Under the pieces are notes generated by a model, which worked only from the letters and a program-made list of their open reading frames with translations, had not been told where the DNA came from and ran no database searches. The translations under genes were made by a program, and so were the position numbers. From the NCBI GenBank assembly GCA_010093705.1, contig MU006093.1, positions 669,462 through 733,461 of the forward strand: 64,000 nt of DNA, given 5' to 3'. This DNA is from Patellaria atrata CBS 101060 (Eukaryota). Every line of letters starts with the position of its first letter. The stretch's first letter is position 1. Of this stretch, positions 38,601 through 52,352 are shown one piece after another.

Positions 38601-39549
38601 CAATGCTCTCTAGCATAGGTAGAAACAAAAAATACTTATAAACACCCAGAATATCTATATCTCTCCTCCAGTCAACACCATGTCCCTGCGTTCGTATACT
38701 AAATTCCTTAGGTGTCTCCATCATAGCATCTCAATGCTTGTTTGGAAGGGTGAGTTCACATTCCTCCACCACAGCCACATGCCCAACATTGATAGCAACT
38801 CCTCCAAATACCCAAACATCAACAACCTTAGCTAGAGGAGTTTTTTCTTTTCAGCCTCCTTTATCAGCATTGTTTGGACCTCCTCTTCTGCTATCTTCTC
38901 GCTCTTCTCGAATTTGAGTCTTAGTAGTTTCTCGTGAGAACCCCTTCCCTTTTCCAATCATTTGAATATTGATACAACATAAATTCTCGTTTTTGCTGTC
39001 TTTTGGCCCTTGATTGACTCAATATTTGAAACGTTCGTCGTTCTTGGTTCTCGCCGGCTATAATCGTCTTCCTGCTCCGTCGGGGGTTCAATTTTTTCAT
39101 CATCACCTCCTCGTCCACTTCACAATAACTTCCAAATAGATGTACGGGGACGTATTGTTTGTTGTAACAACTGATGGTATCATAACGAAATGACCGGTGT
39201 ACGCTCTCGGAACAAATCAGGGAAGAACAAGTATCACCTCTTGTTCGAAGTCTCCCAAGAATCGTAAGGCTCGTTCCGCTTGAAGTCAGTTTTGTCTTCG
39301 ATAATGAGCGCGATCGAGCAATCGGATACCATCTGGGGATGAGAGTGAGGAATGAATGGTGGGACAGATGATTAGGTTTGAACCAAATAGAGACTCATGA
39401 ATATGCTAGGGAGCTCTCGTAATTGGTTGCTCTTTTGAGCCCAGGCATGCGGCATCCAGGGGCAAATTTAAAAGTGGTGAGATGGTGAGATGATCTCCAA
39501 GTCGAAGACAATGAAATTGATTTGGATTGGACTCTCTCAATGAGCTATT

Positions 39550-40866
39550 AGGTCTAATTGTAGCGGTAAGGATAATAGTTCGGGACCGTAACCACGACTA
39601 TTGAATATTCTTTTGATTCGCCGCTCAGTTCCTTCCCAAGCTCTTCATCGTCCGTATAATACCATGGAGATTTGTTCGAACTTCTTCACCAGCTCCAGTC
39701 GTGGCAATGGGATAAACGGAGGAAGGTATATTGCCATCGATAATGCCGAATGGTGCGGTATGAGAGCCTATGCAAGCTAGGTCCCGTGTGTAGGAATGCA
39801 TACGTTCTACGCCCCTCTAACAAAAGCAATGAAAGGTCGAATCTCCTAGTACAAGAACTCACAGAACACTGGCTACGGTATAGTATCGACGAATGGTGAC
39901 AGCTGAATGGTGACAATCGGTATGCTTCTCAAGCTTCGTCTTCGACTCCAAAATGAGGGGCGATCGCTCGTAATTCTGACGGAGAAACAGAAACAACTCA
40001 AAGTATGCAAAGTGTAGTATTGGTGGCGTAGTTTCTAAGTTGAGATCAGACGACAAGAGTAAGGGTAGCCCAAAAGACAACACTAAGCCTGCTTTATGAA
40101 GCCATATCTCCTCATCCAGGCCGAATGACGAGCTTGCTTTTAGACTGGAACAGTAATAAGTATCGAGAGACAACATATTGTTCGGCCGAGAGCCTGAGAA
40201 GTAAACAACCACAACCAAATAGAGGATAACTTTGCGATCCTCATTGCTCGAGCAGTTTTGATTCCAAAACCCAGAGTTTCGTATGCTTGAAGACTTCAAG
40301 ATTCCATAATAGCTCTGGAGTTGCAATATGTTGTCCCAGCGTGGTCCACGACCTGACGGAAGCGTTCTGATTCTTCTCGTGTCTTCCGTGTCGAATAGTG
40401 AAATCTGGTGTTATGATGGCTAACATCCGTTGAAGGCTCAAATATCAAACGAAAGTCCAAATGCAAAAGAAACATTGCTCACGATTCTGAGTAGCCTCTT
40501 GCGCAAGTGCGAAGGTGATGTAGTATCAGGAAGTATTCTGGAAAAAAAAAATATATTCATCGTATACCATTTCTTCCTTCCCTGCTCCCGTAAATGAGTT
40601 ATTGCTAGACCCAATAGTACTACGATGCGCACTCCGGGAAAGAAGAATTATATCCTTATTCATTCTCCGTAGAAAATTCATCACTGATATTTGCCCCAGT
40701 CCAATGGATTATTATTGGTTGAAGAACAAATCCAACCTAACCTTTACTGTCAAAAATGAAAGGAGATGCATCAACAGGTACCAAGAGCCAGGAATGGCGT
40801 GAGGCCGTCGAAGACAAAATCGCGGCAATAAGGGAGAACTGTGGGTAGATACCGCAGAGAGATCAT
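39550..40866 (-). pseudogene. Possible decayed F-box-type gene
   Basis: Begins MISLRYLPT-(fs)-SLIAAILSSTASRHS-(fs)-LALGTC, F-box-like, followed by fragments such as LLWNLEVFKH. Heavily frameshifted; 3' boundary approximate. Confidence 0.3.
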
Positions 40867-42410
40867 AAATACCATAGACTCCATAGTACTCGCAAAGGGG
40901 AGAGGAAGTTTTCAGCTACCATTTGTTTTGCGTTTACGCCTTTCTTTGAGGAATGAAAATTTGGCGGAAATTCAAAGCTCGTTAGGACAAAATCCAAACT
41001 TGTCCTGGGTAAAAATGGTCATATCCGCATATCTCGAAAGGTGGAGTAGTGTCGGTCGAGCGATAGATTGATGACGTATCGCCCATGGGTATAATGATGA
41101 CTATGCGTTTGGTCTCCAAATGAGCGATTGTGCACGGATAAGTCTCTGTCTTCAATCACAGAGATGGAAACTTGGGTTCCTATAGAAACCAAAAAATGGC
41201 CTCCTCCAATACAGAGTTTGGCATGTATTTTCTTTGATTGAAAAACCAACTAAAAAACAAAGACAGGACAACGTTTATCTAACTTCTTATTCAGTGTCTC
41301 TGAACACAGAGAGTAATAGGGGCTACCAAAAGAAGGTCCATTACAACACCTAGCCATCTTTACGTCAACGGTACACGGTTTTTAGACTAATCCTGAACGA
41401 TGTATTCCCCAGAACCCAAGAAATTAATGTGAATGAGGTAGTAGAACGTTGATGGCACTGGAGTGGCTGAACTCTTAATACTAATATCCAATGAACAGCA
41501 GCGGAACCACGGAGGTATGGACGCCGACAACCCAGCCCGCAAAATGGAGAAATTGATTTTTTGAGGTCATAGAATTTGAAGAGATCAGTGCATTCTTCCT
41601 GAAACTATAACTGCATGACACCACTGGGTGCGGATAACCTTGTCTTTTTTGTTTTTTGAACCAGAGGAATCAGATTATCTGGACTTTTACGAAAGCATTT
41701 CCGGAATGAAGTCTCAGAGAATTTGATTCTACCAAGAGAAAATACAGTAGTGCGAGCCGCTTATTGATTCCACAATGGGTGGCGACAGGTTCGTATCCCG
41801 ATGTGATGGATGCCCGGGACTAGAGCATATGGCGACGCCTACGCAGGGAAAAAGCTGTAACTGTCTTCAGTTATTCTTCCCCCACAATTATTCTTCAGTA
41901 CGCTTTCTTCTTGACACCTGTCTTTTGCATAGATTCGATATCAACCCCATAGATTGCCCCGAATAGCTGTTTTGGTCAAAAATTGCTGTTATTGTCTCTA
42001 TCCCCCTTTCCAAATCATCGCTTCGTAAATCATATGAGCGGCTCAGAATACATGTTGAGGGCGTTAGCTGAGTACGGGATGAATGAGAAGGAATCCAAAT
42101 CGCTGATGCCGTTTGACGGTATCCCTCTCCAACAAGCTCCGAAAATACGTTGTGCTTTATGCTTGAGGATATATTGTTGAGCCGAGTAATTAAGTCTCTA
42201 ACTAGGATAGCAGAGAGAACCAGATCGCCGACGTAATAAGGCATTAAGTCCAGAGCAGGTCAATAGGTCCTGGATTACTTGTTCAAGCCTACGAGTTGCC
42301 GAAAAAGGAGAGCCCAAAAAGATACCCCGAGTTCCGTATCATCTCGAGATAGTTCTACTACAGTACTGAATATTACATTAAGAAAAGAAAGAAAAAATAA
42401 GGAAGAAAGG

Positions 42411-42580
42411 TGCAAAAAGAAAACCTCCGTAGAGGGAAAGTTAACCCGGCGAACGCATTTAACTTTATATTCTGGCGGAGGCGGGGCTCGAACTAAAGAC
42501 TTAGACATTTCACTCTTAGGAAATTGACTGAAGGAAATATGACAAAGGAAATGCCACCACTCAGCCATTGCCGCCAGAAT
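42411..42580 (-). repeat. Full-length tRNA-like Pol III element (SINE-like or small ncRNA)
   Basis: Minus strand: GGCGGCAA-TGGCTGAGTGG (A box)...TAGTTCGAGCCC (B box)-CGCCTCCGCCA; 10-bp closing stem ATTCTGGCGG/CCGCCAGAAT; two hairpins; TTTTCTTTTT. Second copy at 8.5 kb. Confidence 0.72.
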
Positions 42581-44741
42581 TGAAAGTAAGTAAGATTTGA
42601 GCACTTATGAGGGCTTTTTTGGTTGAAGGGATTTGTTTGAATAGCTACTGACGTAATGTGTTCGGCAGTCTCATGTGGCGTCTTCTTTGCGAATAAAATT
42701 TCCAAAGGACACAAGGGATACAACAGAGCCCTGACAATACATCATCCATTCCGTCTCAGGGGCGCATTGCTGACCGCCGAAGATGCACCACGCACCCAAT
42801 AATAGTGGTTCGAAAGAATACACCGGCAAGTAAAGGCGATAGGGCCAAATCGTTAGTCCGGTATACATTACAGAGAGCTAAAGCGTAAGTCAATCAAGCG
42901 AATGACCCTGAGGGTATGTTTATAGGGCAGCGCTTAGATCCACAATCGCTCATCGCCCCTTTTCTCTTTTGACTCTTCAACCCAGGAGAGAAACGAGTGT
43001 CCTTCATGACCAGTAACTCTGAATAAGTAACACCAGGATGAGGTTGATGGTATCGGAGCCAACCGGCTCAAGATACAGAATCGGGTGAACCGCGACTGCC
43101 ACAGAGGCCCTAAATAGCATCTCACTCCAAGACAAATCGGAGATGACAGAACACGATGAGCAGGAATCAAATCTAGCGCATCTCACACGAGGGAGAGAAA
43201 CTCCAGATTGATAGGATGTTGGTTCGATAGTGGAATAGAACTCTTCGACTCCAATACCACCCCATACGTGTCCACGGTTGCCGCCTTTGTCAATAGATGT
43301 AGGTTGTAGGCATAAAATGTATGCATATTCTAGCTCGAACGCTGTACTCTTTCTCAGGAAGCCGAAGGAAAACAATGATACAGCTCATAACTTCGTCCTG
43401 GTCGCTCCGTGCTCTGCCACCACTAGTCCGCTTCCAATCTACATTAACTAGTGAGTTCTTGGAAACCTTCTCAGAGTATAGAATGAATTGTCAAATGGAA
43501 ACTGATTCTGTCCTGCTCACGGCTGAGAACCATCAAGTACCAGAAAGCCGAATCCAAAAATGGTACCACTGATAGGACATAGTCAGTGCGGAAATACCTT
43601 CTCGCTATTGTCCAATCTCTTAATCCCACTATATTCGCAGGGCATGAGCAATCAGAGTGCCATAGCCCGCTTGCTATCCCAAGAGAAGCATGCATCCATA
43701 GCGCGTCGCAATACTAGGAGATATCACATCACTCCCATGGGACAACGAGCGATATGTTCTAACAGGAACGCACGAAAATAGCTTAATCCGTTTCCAGACG
43801 TATACCGCGATGGAATGAGTGCAGAGAAGAGCTAGGAATATGACAGTGTTTGACTAACCGGCGCACAACAAGGACACAATATGGCCAGGAGACTTTCGTA
43901 GTAAAGGTTCCCAGAGCCGTATAGATGATAATTAGACGTAATACTCCACCGAATGTCACATGTGAAATATGAGAGAGCTTCCCATCCGACGTCCCAGGAC
44001 CGGAACACCAAACTCTTTTGATCCATATATGCTGTTTTCGTGCTCCACGTATCACCGACGATCATAGCTCTTTCGAGTAATAGAAAAAAGAAATCGCTGT
44101 AGGCGACATATCCGATCATGAGCTTGTTAAGTAAAACGTGCATCCAACCAGAGTAGTTCCTGTATGTAGAGATATTTCAACAGGACCAGAATATATCATA
44201 GCAACCCCACTTTGGAAGGCCTAGGAGTGAACATCGACCGGTCGGAGATGACACAGCAATACAAAATCCATTGCTGGTCTACGAAGAGATAACATGCATT
44301 ACAGGCCATCCAGAATTACGCCGATTGTTTCTGATTCCTCAAGAAGGAATAAGGTTTGTAACTACAATGCATGGAATAGTTGACTTAAGGGGAATGTAGA
44401 TTTGTTTCATCGGCTTGTGAGGTAGTTCAGCACCCCAAGGATGTTCTACTGCAGGTTGAAATAAATGGCAGATTTCTGAAATTAGTTTCGAAGTCAAGTA
44501 ATGAGGGTAGAAACGGATCACTTGCTAAGACTTGCCGGTTGGTTGATGGATAGAAAAGAAAAGGAGAAGAGGAGAAGGGAACTGGGTACTTAACTCAGAG
44601 AAACAGGGTCATCGAGGCCATAAAATCATTGGCTCTATCTACTGTCATCGAAGTCAGTCCGCGTTGATATGTACAGCTCACACCGCTCCTTATTGCATAA
44701 TCTGCTGGCAAGTCTATATAATGATATTATTCTTCCCCCTT

Positions 44742-47139
44742 TTACTGAGGTAAACCATCCCTCTTGAACAAAATTTCTCCTCCAGTAACACTGCTTGTCC
44801 CAGATTTCGTAATGCTCACAATCCCCGCTTCATGTAGATCCTTAACCAGTGAAAAAATCATACCATCGCAGCCCTTAGCAGCGAGGAAGTTGACCGTAAC
44901 CGGAAGGTACTCAGTATGATTTGTGATAGTGGACTCATACGACGCTTGACCAACTACACCGCTATTAAAAACACAGCAAAAATTATGCATGATTAGGGTA
45001 CGTACTTGGGACCACCATATCTGGCACCTCAGCAAACACCGAAAACCTGCTCGTGCCGAAGCCAAAGGGCACCCCTGGAGCCGTTCTGTACACATTGCGG
45101 TAATTTTGAGAGTCAGATGTGCTTCCTACATAGACCATCAGGCTGCTGGAGCAAGTTTCGTCATCGGGCACGAGTACTTCGCTGTTGAACCAGTCCATGA
45201 AGAGAGTTTTGTTAGCTACCGCTTCTTCGACGGTATCGGTGCTGTTGTCAGCGTAACCCCAACGGCGCAGCGGAACTGGATTCACGAAGGGTAATCGGCC
45301 GTCATGCTCCGCTGCATAGTCCGCATAAAACGGGTCACGAACAAGCCTTGTCTGCTCTTCGGTGATAATGGTTGCATAGGTCAGGTTCAAGATCTGTGTT
45401 AACGGCAGTTGATCAGGTTTTGCGGTCGCCCAAGCGGTGGTTACGTTGAAAGTTGAGACATTGGCAGAGAGAAATTTAGAGAGGGTCCCAAGGAATTCGA
45501 CTAGCATGTTGTCGCTCTCGCTCTCCGCGGTTTCCAAAGTAGGATAGCTTACAGTCAAGATAGAGGAAGGGTATTGAGATGAAACGGTGATGTTTGAGCC
45601 GTACAGTGCCTGTGCCGACTCCATCCAGAGTATTGGATCCCGAGTAAGAATGCCAGGGGTATCCAGCTGAGGGGCCAGCGGCATGACATTCTCAAGGGAA
45701 ACCAATCCATGTGACGGGCGATTGCCATAAAGACCTTGAACTTGAGAGGGGCCACGAACAGACCCACCAGTATCACTCCCAAGAGTGATATCAAGCCACT
45801 CATATGCACCCTCTCCTGCACCGGGGCCAGTAGACGACGATGAGGCATCTTGGTAACCATCTCCCCGAGGATTGAAGGGAGCGTGGTAATCAACCCAGTC
45901 CGCAGTAGCCTGTTCACCATTCGCAAATTGACTCGTTTTCATTTTTCCTACAACAACCGCTCCTGCAGCGATGAGGTTGGAGACAACAGGTCCTGTCGTG
46001 TTTGCAGGCGGGTATAGATGATACCATGCTCTATTCCCGTTGCTAGTTCGTAGGCCTGCAACGTCGTAGATGTCTTTCACTCCCAGGCGCACACCTGCCA
46101 GAGGTTTTTCTGCTGTCTTCGTGTAGTAGAGTCGCGATGGCACGGCGATACCAAGAGATTGTCCCCAAGTATTCGCCGGAAGGACGGAGAATGTCCCGTC
46201 AAAGTTCTCGATCACAGACTCACTGAAGGCAACCTGAATGTCAGAGTACAATCTATATGCCTTATAAACAGTACCAATTGCAGAAACAAAGTATGGACCA
46301 TCTGGAATTATTGAAGCAGGTTGGGCAGTAAATATGGTCGGTATGGATTCGTTTTGGTTTGATTCAAATGGATAATGAGGTCCTGGAGCTACTGTGCCAG
46401 TGTATTGGATATATAAGGCTACAGTTCACGTCAGTCTTAATACAGAAACGATCACATCCGGCAAAGTGCAATATTCAAGGCTCTAGAGAAAAATACGTGC
46501 TGAAAGAGACATAATATAGGACTCGAACTCGAACAACCCCTTTGATACATAAAGAAGAATCATCCCGGACTCATATTGACGTGAGAATTCCTAATTTACT
46601 AAAGAAAAAAGCATTACTCATTCCCCTGTTATAGCACCCTGGCCACCCCAAGGCTTACATCCAGAAGGATTCTGGTTATGTTTTATGCAAGCGGAAGTCC
46701 TATAACACGCCGAAATGATAATCTTTCAATGTCTACACGAATAAGGCAAGCGTATTGCCGTTGGACACTGTTGACCTCAAAAGGAGAGTAAATCATACAG
46801 CTCTATGTAGGTACGAATCTAGTCCAATCTAGCAGAGGAAAATGACCAAGACTCACCTTGAAGAAAACCATCCTGCCAGACATCATCCTTTTCACTATAA
46901 GTCGCCACAACTGAGTCCATATTTAAGTTAAGTTGATCCGTCTTCACCACCGTGAACGGTTTCAACCAATTGCTCCTAAACTCCACATCTTCTACTGAGA
47001 TGGTAGTAACGGGATCCGGCGGCGCATAGTAATCGATTCCGTTGAGTTCAACCGTAAACCCTGTTTGTGAAAACAAGGCATCTGTTTTGGAAAGGAAAAA
47101 AGGCAAGAGAGAAACGAAAGTTAAATTGCCGAAGCGCAT
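44742..47139 (-). CDS. Secreted amidase-signature family protein
   Basis: [34 protein letters not shown] (Ser-cisSer-Lys triad motifs); N-terminal signal peptide; 438-nt first intron (46856-46419) and a short 3' intron. Confidence 0.92.
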
Positions 47140-48171
47140 TTTGAACATACAAGAACCGGAACCCTTGAACGACTTGACAGCAATAGCAATTGCAGCGGTC
47201 GGAGAAAGCGATTGACTGATAATAAACAGAAAGGAAGACATAATCTATTCTTATACTGTTCCCCAAGGCTGTTGTATCACTCGAGCTCCCACTTCTGACA
47301 TGTTCAAAGCTACCCATAGCTATCTACCCGCAGCTTGATCTTGCGTAGGTGGAAGTGTCCGCGAGTAATAAGGTAAGTGAGACAGGCAAAGGAAAGTGAA
47401 CAATGCGATAAGGCATCCGAATTGGTCATCAATATGGCCGGGGAGAGAAATCCTCTCAAGGGTGTGGATGCTCTCTCATCCCAGGTCCTCCCATTTCCAG
47501 AATCCTTATCCCCGAATGAGCAGGTTGGTCATTCGAATACACCTTTCTGAAGCCCCCGAAGCCCCGCGGAGCTGGAGCTCAAAGTTAAAGCAAGAGACAC
47601 TGACAGTGCAATACATAAGTTACGCGTTATTAGCGGGGAATGTAGTGTGGGATTTCCAGGAACCCGGCGTTGGGAGTTGTCAAAAGGTTTGACACGGAAC
47701 GGGACGGAAACAGCCTTATCAAGAAGTTAAAGATAAGGTCACGTGTTGTGACTGGTCGTTTACAATTCAGTACCATATTATATACACCTCAAAGGTAAGA
47801 TACCCTTATTCGAGAATCTCCAGTATAGAAGTACTAGCAACGCTCTTTACGTAGGTAGATTGTTGGTAGATGATTAGAGCTCTTAACACCCAGAGGTACT
47901 ATTAAGCTTGTCCTAAACGAGAACCACTACTTCGCAGAGAAAACCGTAAGCGATATTAGGAACAAAACCGAAACTGCGCTATTCACTCCGCTTTTACTAA
48001 GTGTATACATAGCGGAGTCCATTTACGCCCCTAAAACGCCTCATAAGATCGATTCAAACGTTCAATCGGCACCCACTTCAGTCCAATGGTCTTTTACAAC
48101 CACAAAAGCGTCAGAGACACCTCCACAGTCTCTCCCTCCAAGATACAGTAAAAATGATCCTTAATTAATCC

Positions 48172-51100
48172 TTATGAGAAACCCTGGCCATAAGTCCACC
48201 CCCCCTCCCTCATCATCCGTTCTCTCCCTTCCCTATCCTTTCTCCTCTCCTCTTCCGTCAATCGGTCGTTACCGTTCCAGTTGGCACTGCTCCCTCTATC
48301 TCTGAACCTCTTCGCCCTTTCCTTATTCTTAAATATCTCTTCCATCTGTAACGGTGCTATAGGTCCGAACACACTTTCTGGATCCACCAACTGCTGAGCA
48401 CTCAGTAATTCTCGTAACGCAGGCGAGTTCACCCAGCTGGGCGCAGCCCATTCATTCTCGCTGTCTTCGTCTTCTGAGTCAGTAGCGATTTCCGGTAAGG
48501 CAATAGTCTCGCCCGGAGTGTAACGCGGAGATGATTTCGCAGATTTACCTGCTGTCGTTGGTGCTATACCCGGTGGTCCACGTACTGGAGTCTTGTGAGT
48601 GGATTTATACGTTGATGGACCTGCTGCGGCAGGATTGGGTCCGTCTGCAAACGGAATCTTTGCGTTAGCAAACTTTGCCATGTCTGCTGTATATCCAGTC
48701 TTGGTGAGTTGTTGCATCTGATGTTGAGATGTCACAGTTTGCTTAAACATGGACTGGTTGTGTGCAGTAGCTGGTGGAGCGGGCATATAACCGTGAGTGA
48801 ATTTATTAGTTTCCTGCGAATGAGTTAGCATGCAGAGCTAGACAAGTTGAGCGTCTAAATATACCTTGCGGATGTTAGATTGACGGATAGGGGGCGCCAT
48901 GACCGAGCGACGTGTATCCTGGGACTCAATTTCTTCCTCGTTGCTCTTTCTACGCTTTGCATCTAGCTGTTGGAATGATGGTGGATTTCTTTGGGGAGCA
49001 GGTCGTGCCACAGGTTCATCATCATCGGGTTGAAACATCCGCTTCGGAGGTTTAGCAGGGTTGATCTGAGGAGTAGGTCGAACGTTCGGCTCTGGGGCAG
49101 CATTCATTCTAGATACCGGTCTAGCAGCACCCAAGTCAGCACGTTGGTGCGAAGGTGGTGCATGCATTTTTTCCTGTTGCAATGCGGAAGCCTGTACTAA
49201 ATTAGCATATATCATTTATTCTTCATGTTCTTATCTCATACCAGGTCGTTTGCCTGTCGGCTCTTGGCCTGATTTCTCTGTTGTTCCAACTTCTTCGCTT
49301 CCACAGCCGCAGCTTGTTTTTGAGCAGCCTTTTTCGTCTCCTGTGCTCTTTGTTGTTCTGCTGCCCTTCTTTCACGCTCGGCCTTACGTTCTTCCTCAAG
49401 TTTAGCCGCTCTTCTTTGCTCTTGTTCCCTTTTTAACTCGGCTTTTTTCTGTGCAGCCTTCTCTTCTTGTTCCCTTTTCTTTGCTGCTACCTCCAAGGCC
49501 TTGGGTCTTCCCCCATGTGACGAGTTTGCGGTCTTGAAACTACTCGTGGATGCCGCGCTATGTAAAGAGGCATTGCTAGCCTTGGTTGTGACAGTTGATT
49601 GTTTCGGAGGTGGTGGCGGTGGCAGTGTCTCTGAAAGTGATGAGGAGAGATTTACATTAGTTTGAGGACCATGTCCAAACTACATGCAATGTTAGCGGTG
49701 TATATGGATGGAGAAGAGAGGGACCCTACGCGTTGTGACGCCAACTTGATGGAGACTGGTGCAGGTTTGGCTTGCGGAAGTGGCTGTTTTGTGGGTTTTG
49801 CGAATCTTCTTGGTTCTCGAAGCTTTTGGGAATTCGTAGAAGGGACATTATTCTTAGGCGGAGGGGGTGGTGGCATTTCATCTGCAGATGCAATATCTTC
49901 CTCTTGAGTCGAGCTTGTTTCTGCTCTAATCTCAGCGCCTTGTCGATTTTGTGGTTGAGCAGCAGCAGCAGCGGTTTGATCTTTGGAAACAGCCTTGGAT
50001 TTTTGGACAGCTGCTTTCTGAGCTTCCTTCGCCCGAGCCTTCTCCAGGTCATCCTGGATTCGTAACCGCTCTTTTTCTGCTTGTTCTTTCCGCTTTTCCT
50101 CTCTTTCCGAAGAGCTTCGAGTCCGTCGTGGTTCATTTGCTTTTCCAGGGCTTCCTGTGGCAGTTGGAAGCTGAGGCAATTCCCGGAGGTCAAGATGAGA
50201 ATCTGGGAACCCGCCAGGAATTGTTTGCAGACCAGGCCGCTGATTACGCTTCGGACTAAATATTTCGTTCAACGATGGGCCAGGTGCAAGATCCTTTCCA
50301 CGACTCGAGGGTGACATTGCTTCCATCTTCGCTTGAGCGCTCACACCAGCGCTGCTAGCAAAAATTCCTTTCGCTGACTTCAGAACAGAGTAAAGCTTAG
50401 CTTTGGAGGCGCTCAATGGCCCATCCATATATCTCTTCCCAGCCGGGGAACCCACAGGTGTAGTCGATTCCAAAACCGATGCAAGGTTGGGATTCGATAC
50501 CGAAATTGCCTTTTTGTGTCCTGGATCTGGGGAGGTATGAGGCCTAGTTGGTGAGGCTAAAACTGAGGCAGATGACGATTTGGCATGTCCGAAGACCTGC
50601 CTCAAAGGTGAGCCTTCGCGACCAAATAACCTTGAACCGGTCGCGTGAGACTTTGGATCAAGAACGCCAAGGTTATCTTTCAAGTTAATAGTTTCCATTA
50701 TTTCTGTAGTATGGCTCTTAGTCAGTAGAGGCCTTGGATCTTGGATCGGAGCCGAAGCCGGTTTTATCGGAGCAATCCAATCCTCTTCCTCCTCATCAAC
50801 AGATTTGTTCGTAACTGTGGGCGTCAGTTCTTTAGTTACTGACACCGTTGCGACAGGTGCTAGTTCAGGAACAGGGGATACTGTTTTCAGAATTTCATTT
50901 TCTATTGCAGGCAATTGGGGATACTGTGGCTGTGAGGTCTGCGAAGTTGGATTACTAGGTATTGACTTTGACGACCTCGGTTCTTTGGATTGTCCAAGCA
51001 TGTTGATGCGCTCGTGTAATCGCTGTGTCGAAGTCTTATTGTGGATTTTAGTCGTCTCGGATTCTACACGGGGCATTACTGGCCTAAACTCTGGATTCGA

Positions 51101-52319
51101 TGTTATCTGCTCATGCTCGAGTTCATTCTCAACAGGCAGATTATTTTGATTTCCACCTAGACTCTTTCCACCAGTAAGTCGATCAAGAACGCTAGACCGG
51201 CCAGGAACGCTGAATTTGGTTTGGTCCAGGTGACTGGTACGTGAAGACCTAGCCCCCATACTCTTCTTTGTGATAGGTTCTCTTGCGGGAAGAGTCGCAA
51301 ATGTCAGACTACTTTTCCGAATCAACGGCTTAACTGGGCTGGAACCCTCTGATGGTGATCGGACACCATCAATCTCCATCATGTTCGTATCATCCACAGG
51401 ATTCATTATCGAGTCCAAGGCTGAAGCAGTCTCCGCTAAGATACTAAATTTCGGAGATGTGGCATTCTGGACTTCGTGTTCTTTCTGACCCTGCATAGAG
51501 TCCTTCATAACAATATCCACACCGTCGTCTATGGTTCTATTATCATTCTCTTGAGATTCTTGGGTAAGCTGGGCCTGTGTTTGTTTAATCATGATATCTT
51601 CTTTCGCGGAGTGGAAAGAACCATCAGTTGTGCGGCGCTCATCTTGACTGGATTCTTCCACAGCCACATTCGCTGTAGGAGGGGCTTCCTGTTGTTCTGT
51701 TGACCGTACTTGTTCATCGGTGGGCTTCGTCACAGGAACTTGGGCGGTATCGACCTCCATTTCATCTTCCGTCAAGCCGTGGTATCCAGAATCTGTAGTC
51801 GATTTGAAAACTGGTACAGGTTTCTCCCCGAGTATCACTGGGGCCGCGTTCTCCTGATCCTCGGCTACTTGGATCTGTGCTATTTGTTTGTAAAACTGTG
51901 TTTTCTGCGAGGGACTAGGAACTGCTTGTGTATTCGGAGCAAAGATATCGGTCAATGGCTAGAAAAGAAATTAGTATCTTATAGCGATGGAAATCTATTA
52001 TCGCTTACCGCGCGTGCTTCTAACGGGTTTCGCTTTCGTACGGTCCTTGGGGTCTGTCCACGTAGTTTACCGGGAGTTTTGAAAATATCTGTCACATTCC
52101 TACTGTCCTGTTAGTGGAGATAATGAGAGGCGAGGCATTTGCATACAGTTTATTTTGGTTGAAGATATCCGTCATATGCTCGTTCAGCCATTCCATCTCA
52201 TTCTTCACGGCATAACTAAACTCTTCCACTTCTTGCGCCACGAATTGATCCGCTTGCTGTCGTTCATCCAGAATCCAGTGTGCAGATCCAATCTGCGTCT
52301 TCGATCGTAGGGAAGCCAT
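48172..52319 (-). CDS. Inner centromere protein INCENP (Pic1/Sli15-like)
   Basis: C-terminal IN-box LPEIATDSEDEDS..PSWVNSPAL..DPESVFGPIAPLQMEEIF..RFRDRGSSANW; charged helical region; N-terminal EMEWLNEHM; multi-exon. Confidence 0.92.
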
Positions 52320-52346
52320 TGTTAAACTTCTCTCGGTGACGGATAC

Positions 52347-52352
52347 ACGCGT
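52347..52352. promoter_or_regulatory. MCB-type element (ACGCGT) just upstream of INCENP
   Basis: Exact hexamer ~30 nt from the ATG of a cell-cycle gene; a hexamer alone is weak evidence. Confidence 0.3.
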
